From positions 1,988-65,987 of the forward strand of contig DATLQV010000032.1 of NCBI GenBank assembly GCA_035534955.1: 64,000 nucleotides of DNA, in the 5' to 3' direction. The notes beneath the pieces were generated by a model. It was not told where the DNA came from. It searched no databases and was given only the letters and a program-made list of their open reading frames with translations. Positions within the stretch are counted from its first letter, which is position 1. Each line of letters starts with the position of its first letter. Made by a program: the position numbers and the translations under genes. Source of the DNA: Gaiellaceae bacterium (lineage in GTDB: Bacteria > Actinomycetota > Thermoleophilia > Gaiellales > Gaiellaceae). Below, in pieces: positions 1 to 9,015 of this stretch.

Positions 1-797
1 TCGGCGACTACGGCCTGATTGTGATCGACGAGTGCCACCACCTGCCCGCCTTCTCCTTCGAGGCTGCCGTTCGGCATGCCCCCGCCCGCCACTTCCTCGG
101 CCTCACTGCCACCCCCTACCGCCGCGACGGGCTACAGGAAATTGTCACGATGCAGTGCGGACCGATCCGCCATCGGATCGCAAGCAGCGAGAGCCCAGCC
201 GGCGAGATCAGCCTCTCGCTGATTGTGCGCGAGACCGGGCTCGCATTCGCCGATGCCGCTGAACAGCCGATCCACGAAGTCTTCCGTCTGCTCGTCGAAG
301 ACGAACAGCGCACAACGCTCGTCTGCGACGACGTGCGCGCCGCGCTCGCCGGAGGCAGACGCTGCCTCGTGCTCAGCCAATGGAAACAACACTGCCATGC
401 GCTCGCCGAACGGTTACAGGACAGAGGCGTCTCGCCGCTTGTGCTCGAGGGCGGTCTGGGAAAGCGCGCACGCGCTGCCCTGCTCGCCCAGATCGAGAAC
501 ACGCCAGCTGACGAGCCGCTCGTCGTCATCGCCACTGGCCAGTATCTCGGCGAGGGCTTCGATTGCCCGCAACTCGACACCCTCTTCCTCGCCTTCCCCA
601 TCTCCTTCAAGGGCCGCCTCGTCCAGTACACCGGTCGGCTCATGCGAGCGCACGACGGGAAAGCAACCATCCACGTCTACGACTACGCCGACCTCAGAGT
701 GCCGGTACTGCGGGCCATGCACGCGCGACGCCTGACCACCTACAAGACGCTCGGCTTCGCACGCGAGCAGCAAACCCTCCCGGCGGTCGCCGCCTGA
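1..797 (+). CDS. SF2 DEAD/DEAH-box helicase (type III restriction Res-like), C-terminal part; 5' end lies outside the window
   Basis: Frame open from nt 3. 'VIDECHHL' (DExH box), 'GLTATP' (motif III), C-terminal lobe motifs 'ATGQYLGEGFDCP' and 'VQYTGRLMR'. Stop at 797. Confidence 0.85.
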   Translation, partial: GDYGLIVIDECHHLPAFSFEAAVRHAPARHFLGLTATPYRRDGLQEIVTMQCGPIRHRIASSESPAGEISLSLIVRETGLAFADAAEQPIHEVFRLLVEDEQRTTLVCDDVRAALAGGRRCLVLSQWKQHCHALAERLQDRGVSPLVLEGGLGKRARAALLAQIENTPADEPLVVIATGQYLGEGFDCPQLDTLFLAFPISFKGRLVQYTGRLMRAHDGKATIHVYDYADLRVPVLRAMHARRLTTYKTLGFAREQQTLPAVAA

Positions 798-817
798 ACG
801 CTTGCAAGCGCGAGGCA

Positions 818-1201
818 CTACCCCGAGGCCGGTCGCAGCCAGTCTGCGAGCTCACGCTCCGAGATGTTCCCGGCCGCGACACCCTCCATCGTCGTGACCG
901 TCTCGTCCACCGACGGCGGCATCCACTCGACTCCGTTCCGGGCGAGAAACTCGACCATCGCGAGGTAGGCGACGCGCTTGTTCCCATCCGGGAGCGGGTG
1001 GTTTCGAGCGAGTCGCACGCAGAGCACTGCGGCCTTGTCGATCACGTTCGGATATAGCTCGACGCTCTCGAAAGCCGCCGCTGGCGCGTGCAGCGCTGAG
1101 TCCACGAGACCGATGCCCGGCCATCGCGCGATCTCCTCGGCGGGCACGCCGAGGACTGCTTCGGCGATCAGCAGGTAGTCCGCGAGATCGAGGTACTCCA
1201 A
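818..1201 (-). CDS. doc: Fic/Doc family toxin (death-on-curing type)
   Basis: 127 aa with Fic/Doc active-site motif 'HPLPDGNKRVA'. Lies 3 nt downstream of a small RHH-type gene. Confidence 0.9.
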   Translation of the reverse strand: MEYLDLADYLLIAEAVLGVPAEEIARWPGIGLVDSALHAPAAAFESVELYPNVIDKAAVLCVRLARNHPLPDGNKRVAYLAMVEFLARNGVEWMPPSVDETVTTMEGVAAGNISERELADWLRPASG

Positions 1202-1204
1202 ACG

Positions 1205-1423
1205 TCAGCGCGCGAGCCGCTCGAGGATCTCGCGATCACGCTCCATGACGGTGCGAAGACGCGCGCGAAACACCTTGTCCTTCCGCTTGCGCGCGATGTG
1301 CTCCGCGATCGCTTCGCGCACCGCGTCTGAAACGCTAATCCCTTCGGCACGAGCGACGGCCTCAAGCTCATCCGCCTGCCCGGCAGGAAGCCTCAAGGTC
1401 ATGTTCTTGCGATCATTCATCAC
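1205..1423 (-). CDS. Ribbon-helix-helix (CopG/Phd-like) antitoxin partnered with Doc
   Basis: 72 aa. 'MTLRLPAGQADELEAVARAEGISVSDAVREAI' is a typical RHH N-terminus. GGAGG RBS, directly upstream of doc. Confidence 0.75.
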   Translation of the reverse strand: MMNDRKNMTLRLPAGQADELEAVARAEGISVSDAVREAIAEHIARKRKDKVFRARLRTVMERDREILERLAR

Positions 1424-1434
1424 GCCTCCATCTC

Positions 1435-1448
1435 GGTATCAAGATACC
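1435..1448. promoter_or_regulatory. Perfect palindrome GGTATC-AA-GATACC upstream of the antitoxin gene; candidate TA autoregulatory operator
   Basis: 6-2-6 inverted repeat read directly, 12 nt upstream of the antitoxin start. It sits in the only AT-rich patch locally, followed by a second GATA..TATC half-palindrome. Confidence 0.45.
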
Positions 1449-1463
1449 AAGATAGCACATCGT

Positions 1464-1649
1464 ATCCGCCGCGGAAGATGGAGCACTTATGGAGCCCAGC
1501 GGGCGCAATCGGTGGCAACCAGTGGCAAATCGGACACCCCCGAAAACCGCCCAACAAGCCGATCCGCAACTGGTGGCAACCCACGGCAACGGTTCGAAAA
1601 ATCATGGTAAGGAGGGGGTCGACGGTTCGAGTCCGTCAGAGGGCTTCAG
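1464..1649 (+). repeat. Copy A of a ~185-nt repeat ending in a tRNA-like T-arm/acceptor-like segment
   Basis: Aligns over its whole length with 5903..6089. The 5' ~44 nt (2 mismatches) and 3' ~47 nt (one G indel) are near identical. The 3' end is 'GACGGTTCGAGTCCGTC' + 'AGAGGGCTTCA'. Confidence 0.8.
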
Positions 1650-1920
1650 GAAGGTCCCGCCCGCATAGCGCGGCGCTTTTTCTATAGGAAGGCCGCCGAT
1701 CTTCCGCTCCTCGGCGAGGACATGGTTCTCGCGACGCGCTCGACCGAGCAGAGCCCCTCTGACTGCCTTCGGCAACGTCGAGCTGGACCGACCAATTACG
1801 CAACCACTGCGGTGAGACGCCGAGCTCCGGCGCGAGCTGCGGGACAGAACGACCACTGCTCCGGAGCAACCTCACGACCTCCGCGCGGAACTCCAGCGAG
1901 CAGCGCGGGATCCTTGGCAT
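1636..1920 (-). pseudogene. IS3-family transposase OrfA (HTH) remnant; no OrfB/DDE part present
   Basis: 'MPRIPRCSLEFRAEVVRLLRSSGRSVPQLAPELGVSPQWLRNWSVQLDV' matches the IS3 OrfA N-terminus. The rest of the ORF is junk and no catalytic ORF follows. Confidence 0.6.
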
Positions 1921-2073
1921 CAGCGGACATCCTTCCCGACCAAGCGAACTCAGTCAGAAGATGTCCACGGAAGGGGAGGGAACTCCTCTCTCTCTCTTTG
2001 TGCTGAAGAGGCGAGCCCTGCAACCCTTCGGTTGCCGGGCTCGTCTCGAGGCTGTCGTTGGAGTGTTCGCGCT

Positions 2074-3549
2074 TCACGCGGCGTCGACCACCACCGCGGG
2101 CTCGCCCAGCGGCTCGACGGCCGGTGCTTGCGGACGGCTGTTGCTTGCGCGCGAGGCGATCACGCTGGCAGCGACTAGGAAGATGCTGCAGGCGAGGAGC
2201 GCATGGTGGAAGCCGGAGGTGAGTGCGACCGACCGCGTCACATGGGCGTTGATGAGGTGCTGGGTGTGGCTTGCGGCGATCGCGGTGAAGATCGCTAGGC
2301 CGAGTGCGCTTCCGAGTTGGGCGGAGGCTGTGCCGAGTGCAGCGGCGAGGCCGGCCTTGTCGGCCGGGACGCCGGCGTTCGCGGCGGTCTGGACGCCGAC
2401 GAAGATCGCACCGAGTCCGAGCGCCATCACGACCAGGCCGGGCAGGACGTCGGCGATGTAGTTGCCGTGCACCGGGATCTGTGCGAGCCAGAAGACGCCG
2501 GCGGCCCCGATTAGGGCGCCGGCCATGATGATCGGCCGCGCGCCAACGCGAGGCAGCAGCTTGGTCGCGACGCCGGTGGAGATGCCGACGCCGACGGTGA
2601 CCGGGACGTAGGCAGCTCCGGCGGCGATCGGGGAGAAGCCGAGCACGTTCTGCATGTACAGCGTGACGAAGAAGAACATCGAGTAGAAGCCGGCCTGCGC
2701 GATCACTTGCGTAGCGTCGGCGGCGGCGATGCCCTTGATCCGGAAGATCGAGAGCGGGAACAGTGGGTTGCGATGCCGCAACTCGGTGACGACGAACAGG
2801 CCCAACACGGCGACCGCACCTGCAAGCTCGCAGATGGTGCGGGCGCTGCCCCAGCCGACCGTCGGTGCGTTGACGAGCGTGTAGACGACGCCGAGCATGC
2901 CGACGGTGGAGAGGACTGCGCCGATCGCGTCGAAGTCCTTGATCGGCGCCTGCCTTCCGTCGTTGGCGAGCAGACGGAACGCACCTGCGAGAACGAGCGC
3001 GCAGACGGGAAGGTTGACGAAGAACACCCAACGCCAGCCGATGCCCTCGGTGAGCACGCCGCCGGCAAGGACGCCGATGACGGCGCCGAGCGGGATCGTC
3101 GCGCTCCAGAGCCCGATCGCCTTGGTGCGGTCCTTCCCCTCGGCGAACGTCGTCGTCAGGATCGAGAGCGCGGCCGGGGTCATCATCGCCGCCCCGAGGC
3201 CCTGAGCGAGGCGAGCGCCGATCAGCACGCCTTCGCTGCCGGCGAGCCCGCAGGCGAGCGACGAGGCCCCGAACAGCAGCGTGCCGACGACGAATAGGCG
3301 GCGGCGGCCGAGCAGGTCGGCGGCGCGGCCGCCGAGCAGCAGGAAGCCACCGTAGGTGAGCAGGTAGCCGCTTGCGATCCACTGCAGGCTCTGCACCGTG
3401 AAGTGGATGTGCTCGCGGATCGAGGGAAGCGCGATGTTCACGATCGTCGTATCGATCACGTCGAGGAACGCCGCGAGGCAGACCAACGCCAGGATCAGCT
3501 TGCCCTGGCGGGTCGAAAGGGCCGAATTGTCCGTGGCGGTGGTGCTCAT
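2074..3549 (-). CDS. MFS transporter, DHA2 (EmrB/QacA, 14-TMS) drug:H+ antiporter family
   Basis: 'LDVIDTTIVNIALPSI', 'GGRAADLLGRRR' (motif A), many TM segments. ATG at 3549 has GGAGG 7 nt upstream, so it is preferred over the track start at 3606. Confidence 0.9.
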   Translation of the reverse strand: MSTTATDNSALSTRQGKLILALVCLAAFLDVIDTTIVNIALPSIREHIHFTVQSLQWIASGYLLTYGGFLLLGGRAADLLGRRRLFVVGTLLFGASSLACGLAGSEGVLIGARLAQGLGAAMMTPAALSILTTTFAEGKDRTKAIGLWSATIPLGAVIGVLAGGVLTEGIGWRWVFFVNLPVCALVLAGAFRLLANDGRQAPIKDFDAIGAVLSTVGMLGVVYTLVNAPTVGWGSARTICELAGAVAVLGLFVVTELRHRNPLFPLSIFRIKGIAAADATQVIAQAGFYSMFFFVTLYMQNVLGFSPIAAGAAYVPVTVGVGISTGVATKLLPRVGARPIIMAGALIGAAGVFWLAQIPVHGNYIADVLPGLVVMALGLGAIFVGVQTAANAGVPADKAGLAAALGTASAQLGSALGLAIFTAIAASHTQHLINAHVTRSVALTSGFHHALLACSIFLVAASVIASRASNSRPQAPAVEPLGEPAVVVDAA

Positions 3550-3649
3550 CGAAAGACCTCCATCAGGTCGAGAATGTGACGGTTCGTGAAGAGGACGAAC
3601 GGCCACAGCTCTGAATGGACATTTCGGCCTTCGCTCGGGTCGCCGCGGG

Positions 3650-4891
3650 TCAGATCGAGGCTTCGCCGAGCCGTTTGCGGAGGTAGCGGCGCTCGGCGTC
3701 GGTGGGAGCGAGCTCGAGCGCCTGCGCGTACGCGATGCGTGAATCCGCCGTTCGCCCGAGCCGGCGCAGGAGATCGGCGCGCGTAGCGGGGAGCAGGTAG
3801 TAGTCGGCGAGCTCGCCGCCGCGCTCGAGTTCGTCGACGAGGTCGAGTCCTGCCTGAGGCCCGAAGGCCATTGCGACCGCTACGGCCCTGTTCAGACCAA
3901 CCACGGGTGTGGCCGCCAGTTGGTTCAGCCGGTCGTAGAGGAGGACGATCTCGGCCCAGTCGGTCTCGCCAGCGCTTTCGGCTGTGGCGTGGCAGGCGGC
4001 GATCGCGGCCTGGAGCTGGTACGGGCCCGATCGGCGCAACCGCATCGCTCGGTCGAGCAGGGCGCATGCCTCCTCGATTGTTGAGCGGTCCCAAAGGCTA
4101 CGGTCCTGATCCTCGAGCGTGACGATGTCGCCCGCCTGATCGAGGCGGGCCGGCCGCCGTGCATCGTGCAAGAGCAGCAGGCTGAGCAGACCAAGCGCCT
4201 CAGGCTCGTCAGGCATCAGCTCGACAAGCAGGCGCGCGAGCCGGATCGCTTCGAGACAAAGGTTTTGACGAATGAGGTCCGCGCCTGCTGTCGCGCTGTA
4301 GCCCTCGTTGAACAGCGCGTAGAGAACGACGAGCACCGCGCGCAGCCGGTCCGGCAACTGATGATCAGGCGGCACGCGGTAAGGGATGCCGGCGTCTTGA
4401 ATCTTGTGCTTCGTTCGCACCAGCCGCTTGGCCATCGTTTCGGTTGGAATCCTGAACGCGCGCGCAATCTCGACGGTGGTCAGTCCGCACAGCGCTCGCA
4501 GCGTCACGGCAACCTGTCCCTCGATCGGCAGCGCGGGGTGGCAGCAGGTGAAGATCAGGCGCAGGCGGTCATCCTCGATGCCACCTTCGTTGTCTTCGTA
4601 TTCCTCGTTTTCGCTCATCGTCTTGCCGACCTCTTGCAGCTTGTGCTCGCCCACGCGTGTGCGTCGTAGGCGATCGAGAGCTCGGTTGCGCGCAGTCACC
4701 TTCAGCCAGCCGCCAGGGTTGTCGGGAACGCCGTCGCGAGGCCACCGCTCCAGCGCTCGCGTAAACGCATCCTGGGCGCACTCCTCGGCGAGATCCCAGT
4801 TGCCGGTGACGCGGATCAGATGCGCAACCACCCGCCCCCACTCGGTCCGGAAGGCGTCGCTGACCGCCTGCTCGGCGCTTACCCCACCCAA
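3650..4891 (-). CDS. ECF-type sigma-70 factor with long C-terminal extension (the type usually paired with YCII proteins)
   Basis: Region 2 '[18 protein letters not shown]', region 4 HTH '[31 protein letters not shown]', ~200-aa C-terminal helical domain. Start is a TTG overlapping the YCII stop, so it is uncertain. Confidence 0.85.
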   Translation of the reverse strand: MGGVSAEQAVSDAFRTEWGRVVAHLIRVTGNWDLAEECAQDAFTRALERWPRDGVPDNPGGWLKVTARNRALDRLRRTRVGEHKLQEVGKTMSENEEYEDNEGGIEDDRLRLIFTCCHPALPIEGQVAVTLRALCGLTTVEIARAFRIPTETMAKRLVRTKHKIQDAGIPYRVPPDHQLPDRLRAVLVVLYALFNEGYSATAGADLIRQNLCLEAIRLARLLVELMPDEPEALGLLSLLLLHDARRPARLDQAGDIVTLEDQDRSLWDRSTIEEACALLDRAMRLRRSGPYQLQAAIAACHATAESAGETDWAEIVLLYDRLNQLAATPVVGLNRAVAVAMAFGPQAGLDLVDELERGGELADYYLLPATRADLLRRLGRTADSRIAYAQALELAPTDAERRYLRKRLGEASI

Positions 4892-5223
4892 ACGGGCCTC
4901 ACCTCGACGGTTCCAAACTCGGCAGCAGGATTCCGGGCTGCAATCTCAAGCGCCTCGTCTAGATCGTCGCATTCGAGCACGTAGAAGCCGACGATCTGCT
5001 CGCGCGTCTCCGCAAACGGACCGTCGGCCAAGACGAGCCCCCCACCCCGCTTGCTCACCTTCGTCGCCGTCGACGTCGGCTGCAACCGCTGCAGAAACAC
5101 GAGTGCGCCGCGAGCCTCCATGTCCTCCTGGAACCCCAGGAACGCCTCGTATCGCTCCTGCACCTCTCTCTCGCTTAGTTCCTGGCTCTCGTCTGCACAA
5201 ACAAACAGCGCGTAACGCATCAC
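4879..5223 (-). CDS. YCII-related domain protein
   Basis: 114 aa. '[12 protein letters not shown]...[32 protein letters not shown]' is a typical YciI-like fold signature. Directly upstream of the ECF sigma gene. Confidence 0.85.
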   Translation of the reverse strand: MMRYALFVCADESQELSEREVQERYEAFLGFQEDMEARGALVFLQRLQPTSTATKVSKRGGGLVLADGPFAETREQIVGFYVLECDDLDEALEIAARNPAAEFGTVEVRPVWVG

Positions 5224-5324
5224 ACCCTCCTTGGTCGAATCAATCGTCTCACGCGTCGGCTCGTCGATCGCAAGAGCGGCGGCGCCGGGCCAGCGTTGCC
5301 GGCCCCGCCGCTCTCAGGCCAGCC

Positions 5325-5717
5325 CTAGCTGACAAAGAAGACGACGTGCTCGATCTTGATCTTGCCGTTCTCGTCGAACACGTACATCCGCGCCCCGGGG
5401 GCATCCATCTCCGGCGCGTCAGGGCCGAACTTGACCCTGGCGCTCACCGTCAACAGCGCCTGCCTGTCGTCACCGACAGCCTCGACGACCTCCGTGCTGT
5501 CGGGGACGACCCCGTCGGCGAACTGGATCAGCCCCTGCATGTACGCGTCGATCCCGTTCAGGTCCGTCTTCGGGAAGTTCGGATCCGCCGCGATCACCGT
5601 CACCCAGACGTCGTCGGCGAGCGCCTCACGCGCCGCCTCGTAGTCACGACTACCCCACGCCTCGACGTGAGCCCGCGCTGCAGCAACTGCTGCTGAGTTC
5701 TGCTGAAGGGACATCAC
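5325..5717 (-). CDS. SnoaL-like / NTF2-fold protein
   Basis: 130 aa. 'AARAHVEAWGSRDYEAAREALADDV...' is a typical NTF2-like N-terminus. Confidence 0.7.
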   Translation of the reverse strand: MMSLQQNSAAVAAARAHVEAWGSRDYEAAREALADDVWVTVIAADPNFPKTDLNGIDAYMQGLIQFADGVVPDSTEVVEAVGDDRQALLTVSARVKFGPDAPEMDAPGARMYVFDENGKIKIEHVVFFVS

Positions 5718-5902
5718 AACTCCTCTCGTCGTTGACCTGCACTACTCCCTGGACGAAAGGCACGACACCGAAATGGACATGTCGCCCACCAGCCGAGACT
5801 TCTTCTTCAGCAACGCAGAGGCCAGAATCGACCCTCTATACACCTGAGGCCGCATCGACACGACCTGGGCTCGGAACGTCGGAACCCTTCTCCGCGCCTC
5901 AA

Positions 5903-6089
5903 ATCCGCAACGCATGGATGGAGCACTTATGGAGCCCGGCGGGCGCAACCGGTGGCAACCGGTGCCAAATTGGGACGCGCGCGAAAACGCTCGAACAAGC
6001 CGATCCGCGCCCGGCGGCAGCCGACGGCAACCGTTTCACAGCGCATGGTAAGGAGGGGTCGACGGTTCGAGTCCGTCAGAGGGCTTCAG
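5903..6089 (+). repeat. Copy B of the ~185-nt repeat ending in a tRNA-like T-arm
   Basis: Same orientation and same conserved ends as 1464..1649. The centre is diverged but still alignable. Confidence 0.8.
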
Positions 6090-6120
6090 CGAGGCGCTGC
6101 TCAGCCACCGTTTTCGTTGT

Positions 6121-7530
6121 CTATTCGGTGAGCGCTTCGAATGTGTCAAGCGCCAGATCGTCGACCGATTGGACGTGGCGGGCGCGGACCCGGCCGAGTC
6201 CGAGCGCGGCGAGCGCGCTGCCGATGCCGCCGCCGATCATCAGCGCCCAGACGTGGTGGAAGGTGCCAATGGTCGAGCCGCCCGCGTTGAGGAGCGCGAC
6301 GAGGAGCGCGATTCCGATGACGGCGGCCAATTGGCGAAACATCGAGAAGATTCCGGAGCCGGTCGAGAAGCGGTCACGCGGCAACTCGGCGACGGCGGCC
6401 GACGCGAAGCCGCCGAACGTCAGTCCGACGCCGGCGCCGGTGAGGAGGGTCGCGGGTAGGAACGCCGATGCGTAGTGCGGCGTGGCGGCGACGCGGGTCG
6501 CGAAGAGCAGCGTCCCGAGCGCGAAGAGGAGGCCGCCGGGTGCGGCGACGACGCGCTGGCCGAAGCGATCCGCGAGTCTTCCTGCGATCGGCGAGAAGGT
6601 CGTCGCCATCAACGGCCCGGGTGTCAGCGCGACACCGGCGCGAATCGTCGAGTAATGCCACACACCGGTCAGGAAGAGCGCGTTGGAGAGGAGCAGCGCG
6701 AAGAACGAGAGCGCGAAGATGAACGCGCCAAGGGTCGCGACGGCGAACGAGCGGACGCGGAAGAGCGACAGCTCGATGAGCGGACGGCTCGAGCGCGCAG
6801 AGTGCGAGACGAACGCGGCGCCGAGAACGGCTGCGGCGGCAAACGCGCCGACGATGCGTGCGCTCTCCCAGCCCCACTGACCACCGTCGACGATCGCGAG
6901 CGAGAGCGCGCCGATCGCACCGACGAGCAGTGCGACCGCGAGCGGGCTCGGGAACGGTTGAGCGTGCTCTTCTCGCAGCTCGCGCAGGATCCGCCGCGCG
7001 GGGATGAGCGCGGGCAGGCCGATGAAGAGGTTGACGAAGAAGACTGCGCGCCAGTCGAAGGCCTCGATGAGGACGCCACCGAGCGCCGGCCCGGTCGCCG
7101 CGGCGATACCACCGGTCGCCCCCCAGAGCGCGGTCGCGGTCGCGCGCTGCTCGAGCGGAAACTCGGGGAGCAGGAGACCGAGCGAGGTGGGGACAAGTGC
7201 GGCAGCCCCCGCGGCCTGGACGACGCGCGCGGCGGTCAGCAAACCGGCGGTCGGCGCGAGCCCGCAGGCGACCGACGCGGCGAGGAAGAGGAGGACGCCG
7301 GCGAGGAAGACCCGCTTGCGACCGACGCGGTCGGCGAGGCGGCCGGCGGGAATGAGCAGCGAGGCGAAGACGATGTTGTAGGCGTTGATCACCCACGAGA
7401 GATCGCCGAGGCTTGCGCCCGGAAAGGAGGCGCGGATCGACGGAAAGGCGATGTTCACGATCGTCGCGTCCAGGAAGCTCATGAAGACGGCGACAGAGGT
7501 GACGGCGAGAACGAGCCATTTGCGTTGCAT
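6121..7530 (-). CDS. MFS transporter, DHA2 family
   Basis: 'LDATIVNIAFPSI', 'GRLADRVGRKR', 14-TMS-like profile. ATG at 7530 (alternative GTG at 7542). Confidence 0.9.
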   Translation of the reverse strand: MQRKWLVLAVTSVAVFMSFLDATIVNIAFPSIRASFPGASLGDLSWVINAYNIVFASLLIPAGRLADRVGRKRVFLAGVLLFLAASVACGLAPTAGLLTAARVVQAAGAAALVPTSLGLLLPEFPLEQRATATALWGATGGIAAATGPALGGVLIEAFDWRAVFFVNLFIGLPALIPARRILRELREEHAQPFPSPLAVALLVGAIGALSLAIVDGGQWGWESARIVGAFAAAAVLGAAFVSHSARSSRPLIELSLFRVRSFAVATLGAFIFALSFFALLLSNALFLTGVWHYSTIRAGVALTPGPLMATTFSPIAGRLADRFGQRVVAAPGGLLFALGTLLFATRVAATPHYASAFLPATLLTGAGVGLTFGGFASAAVAELPRDRFSTGSGIFSMFRQLAAVIGIALLVALLNAGGSTIGTFHHVWALMIGGGIGSALAALGLGRVRARHVQSVDDLALDTFEALTE

Positions 7531-7555
7531 GACGAAACCCACCGTACCAGATTAG

Positions 7556-7572
7556 AGTTGCGTCACGCAACT
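7556..7572. promoter_or_regulatory. Perfect palindrome AGTTGCG-TCA-CGCAACT between divergent MFS and HxlR genes; candidate HxlR operator
   Basis: 7-3-7 inverted repeat read directly, 16 nt upstream of the HxlR start codon. Confidence 0.4.
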
Positions 7573-7587
7573 TGCTATCCTGAAGCG

Positions 7588-8019
7588 ATGCTCGGACGCG
7601 ACTACGAAGGCCAAGACTGCTCGGTGGCGCGCACGCTGGAGCTCGTCGGGGAGCGCTGGACGCTGCTCGTCGTGCGGGACGCGTTCCTCGGCCGGCGACG
7701 ATTCGAGGAGTTCCAGGAAAGCCTCGGGATCGCGCGCAACGTCCTCGCCGACCGGCTGGCGAAGCTCGTCGAGCACGGCATCTTCGAACGCGTCCGCTAC
7801 CAGGAGCGCCCCGAGCGCTACGAGTACCGGCTGACGCCGAAGGGCCGCGACCTCCGGCTCGCGCTGGCCGCACTGATGCAATGGGGCGACCAGTACGTCT
7901 CGCCCACGCCGCCGCGACTCCTCCGCCGCAAGTCCGACGGAACACCGGTCCGCGTCGCCCTTATCGACGCCGACGGAACGCCGATCGAGCCCACAGAAAT
8001 CGAAAACGTCGCCGCCTAA
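7588..8019 (+). CDS. HxlR-family (winged-helix, MarR-like) transcriptional regulator
   Basis: 'CSVARTLELVGERWTLLVVRDAFLGRRRFEEFQESLGIARNVLADRLAKLVEHGIFER' is the HxlR signature. Start trimmed from the spurious 6475 ORF. Confidence 0.9.
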   Translation: MLGRDYEGQDCSVARTLELVGERWTLLVVRDAFLGRRRFEEFQESLGIARNVLADRLAKLVEHGIFERVRYQERPERYEYRLTPKGRDLRLALAALMQWGDQYVSPTPPRLLRRKSDGTPVRVALIDADGTPIEPTEIENVAA

Positions 8020-8440
8020 ACGTGCTCGAGGAGCGCAGACCGGATCGCCTCCTCGAAGCTTGTGCGTTGGACTCCGACGATGTCCCAGAGTCGATCGTCG
8101 TGTGCGACGGTCGGGACGCGCAGTCCCTCGACGAGGGGTCGCGCCACCGCGACGCTCGCAGGTGTGACGAGGTGCAGCCACAGCGACGAAAGCCGCGGCG
8201 TCAACAACGGGACCTCGATCAGGAACGGATGCTTGCCACGGACACGTGCGACTCGTTCCATCATCGTCCGGTAGGTCATCACCTCGAGGCCACCGACATC
8301 GAAGGTCTGGTCGTAGGCGAGGCGTTGCCACACACGCCGACGAGGACGGCGAGCACGTCGGCCATCGCAACCGGCTGCGTCTCGACCGACACCCACCGCG
8401 GGAGGATGGTCGACGCCACCATCGATAGAAGCGTCCGATG
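8016..8440 (-). pseudogene. C-terminal remnant of an NAD(P)H-binding (atypical SDR / DUF2867-type) oxidoreductase, frameshifted and lacking the Rossmann half
   Basis: Two frames carry consecutive pieces: 'LPRWVSVETQPVAMADVLAVLVG' (frame of 8279..8671) then 'FDVGGLEVMTYRTMMERVARVRGKHPFLIEVPLLTPRLSSLWLHLVTP'. The N-terminal half is replaced by the end of the FRD gene. Confidence 0.55.
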
Positions 8441-8448
8441 TCCCAGCC

Positions 8449-9015
8449 TTACACGGGCGCAGAGGCGGGCACAGCGGCACGCGGGAACGTCCGTGGGGCG
8501 AGCAGCCTGTAGAACGTGAGCCAGAGCACAGGCCCTGCTGCGAGCAGTGCGACCACGGGGCCGCCGAGCCCTTTTAGGTCGGTGCCGACGAAGAGCGCAT
8601 GGCCGAGTGACAGCGCAAATCCGGCGAAGGCCGCATAGTGGAGGCGACGCCAGCCTTTCTGACCGATCCACTTCCGGAGATAGAACGACGCGGCAATCGC
8701 GAGGCTCAGCCAGCCGCCGACGACGCCGGCCGCGACCGCGCCGGGCTTGTAGGGGGACGCGAACGGGACGATCGCCGTCAGTGCGGAGAAGTGCATGACG
8801 GGGTCGAGCATGAGCGCGACCACATGCAGGCCGACCGCCGCGAGCCCTGTCCAGACGAGGGTGCGGTGCAGGCCGAGCAGCGGCTTCATTCGCTTAGACC
8901 CGAGCAGCCGCGTGCTCATCGCGAGGCCGAGCCAGACTGAAAGCGTCAGCAGGCCGAACGCGACGAGTCCGGCGGCGCGGGCGATGAGCCACGCGATAGG
9001 GAGCGTCGTCGCCAT
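8449..9015 (-). CDS. Ferric-reductase-like transmembrane domain protein (bis-heme, MsrQ/NOX-type), stand-alone 188 aa (FRD-a)
   Basis: 6 predicted TMs. 'HRTLVWTGLAAVGLH' (H-x13-H) and 'HYAAFAGFALSLGH' (H-x12-H). ATG overlaps the ApbE stop (TGATG). Confidence 0.85.
   Translation of the reverse strand: MATTLPIAWLIARAAGLVAFGLLTLSVWLGLAMSTRLLGSKRMKPLLGLHRTLVWTGLAAVGLHVVALMLDPVMHFSALTAIVPFASPYKPGAVAAGVVGGWLSLAIAASFYLRKWIGQKGWRRLHYAAFAGFALSLGHALFVGTDLKGLGGPVVALLAAGPVLWLTFYRLLAPRTFPRAAVPASAPV

Noticed and set aside
1618-1649. Possible tRNA gene (T-arm 'GACGGTTCGAGTCCGTC' plus acceptor-like 'AGAGGGC'); the same occurs at 6058..6089
   Set aside because: No complementary 5' acceptor strand, D-arm or anticodon arm can be drawn in the preceding 100 nt. 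It is treated as the tRNA-like end of a repeat, not a tRNA.
1796-3382. 528-aa ORF on the minus strand overlapping the MFS transporter gene
   Set aside because: Extremely Arg/Pro/Ala-rich with no motifs, and out of frame with a well-supported 14-TMS transporter. This is a typical open alternative frame in high-GC DNA.
6374-8019. 523-aa (minus) and 514-aa (plus) ORFs spanning MFS-2 and the HxlR gene
   Set aside because: Both are Arg/Glu/Asp-rich junk over most of their length. Only the last 143 aa of the plus ORF (from ATG 7588) form a recognisable HxlR regulator.
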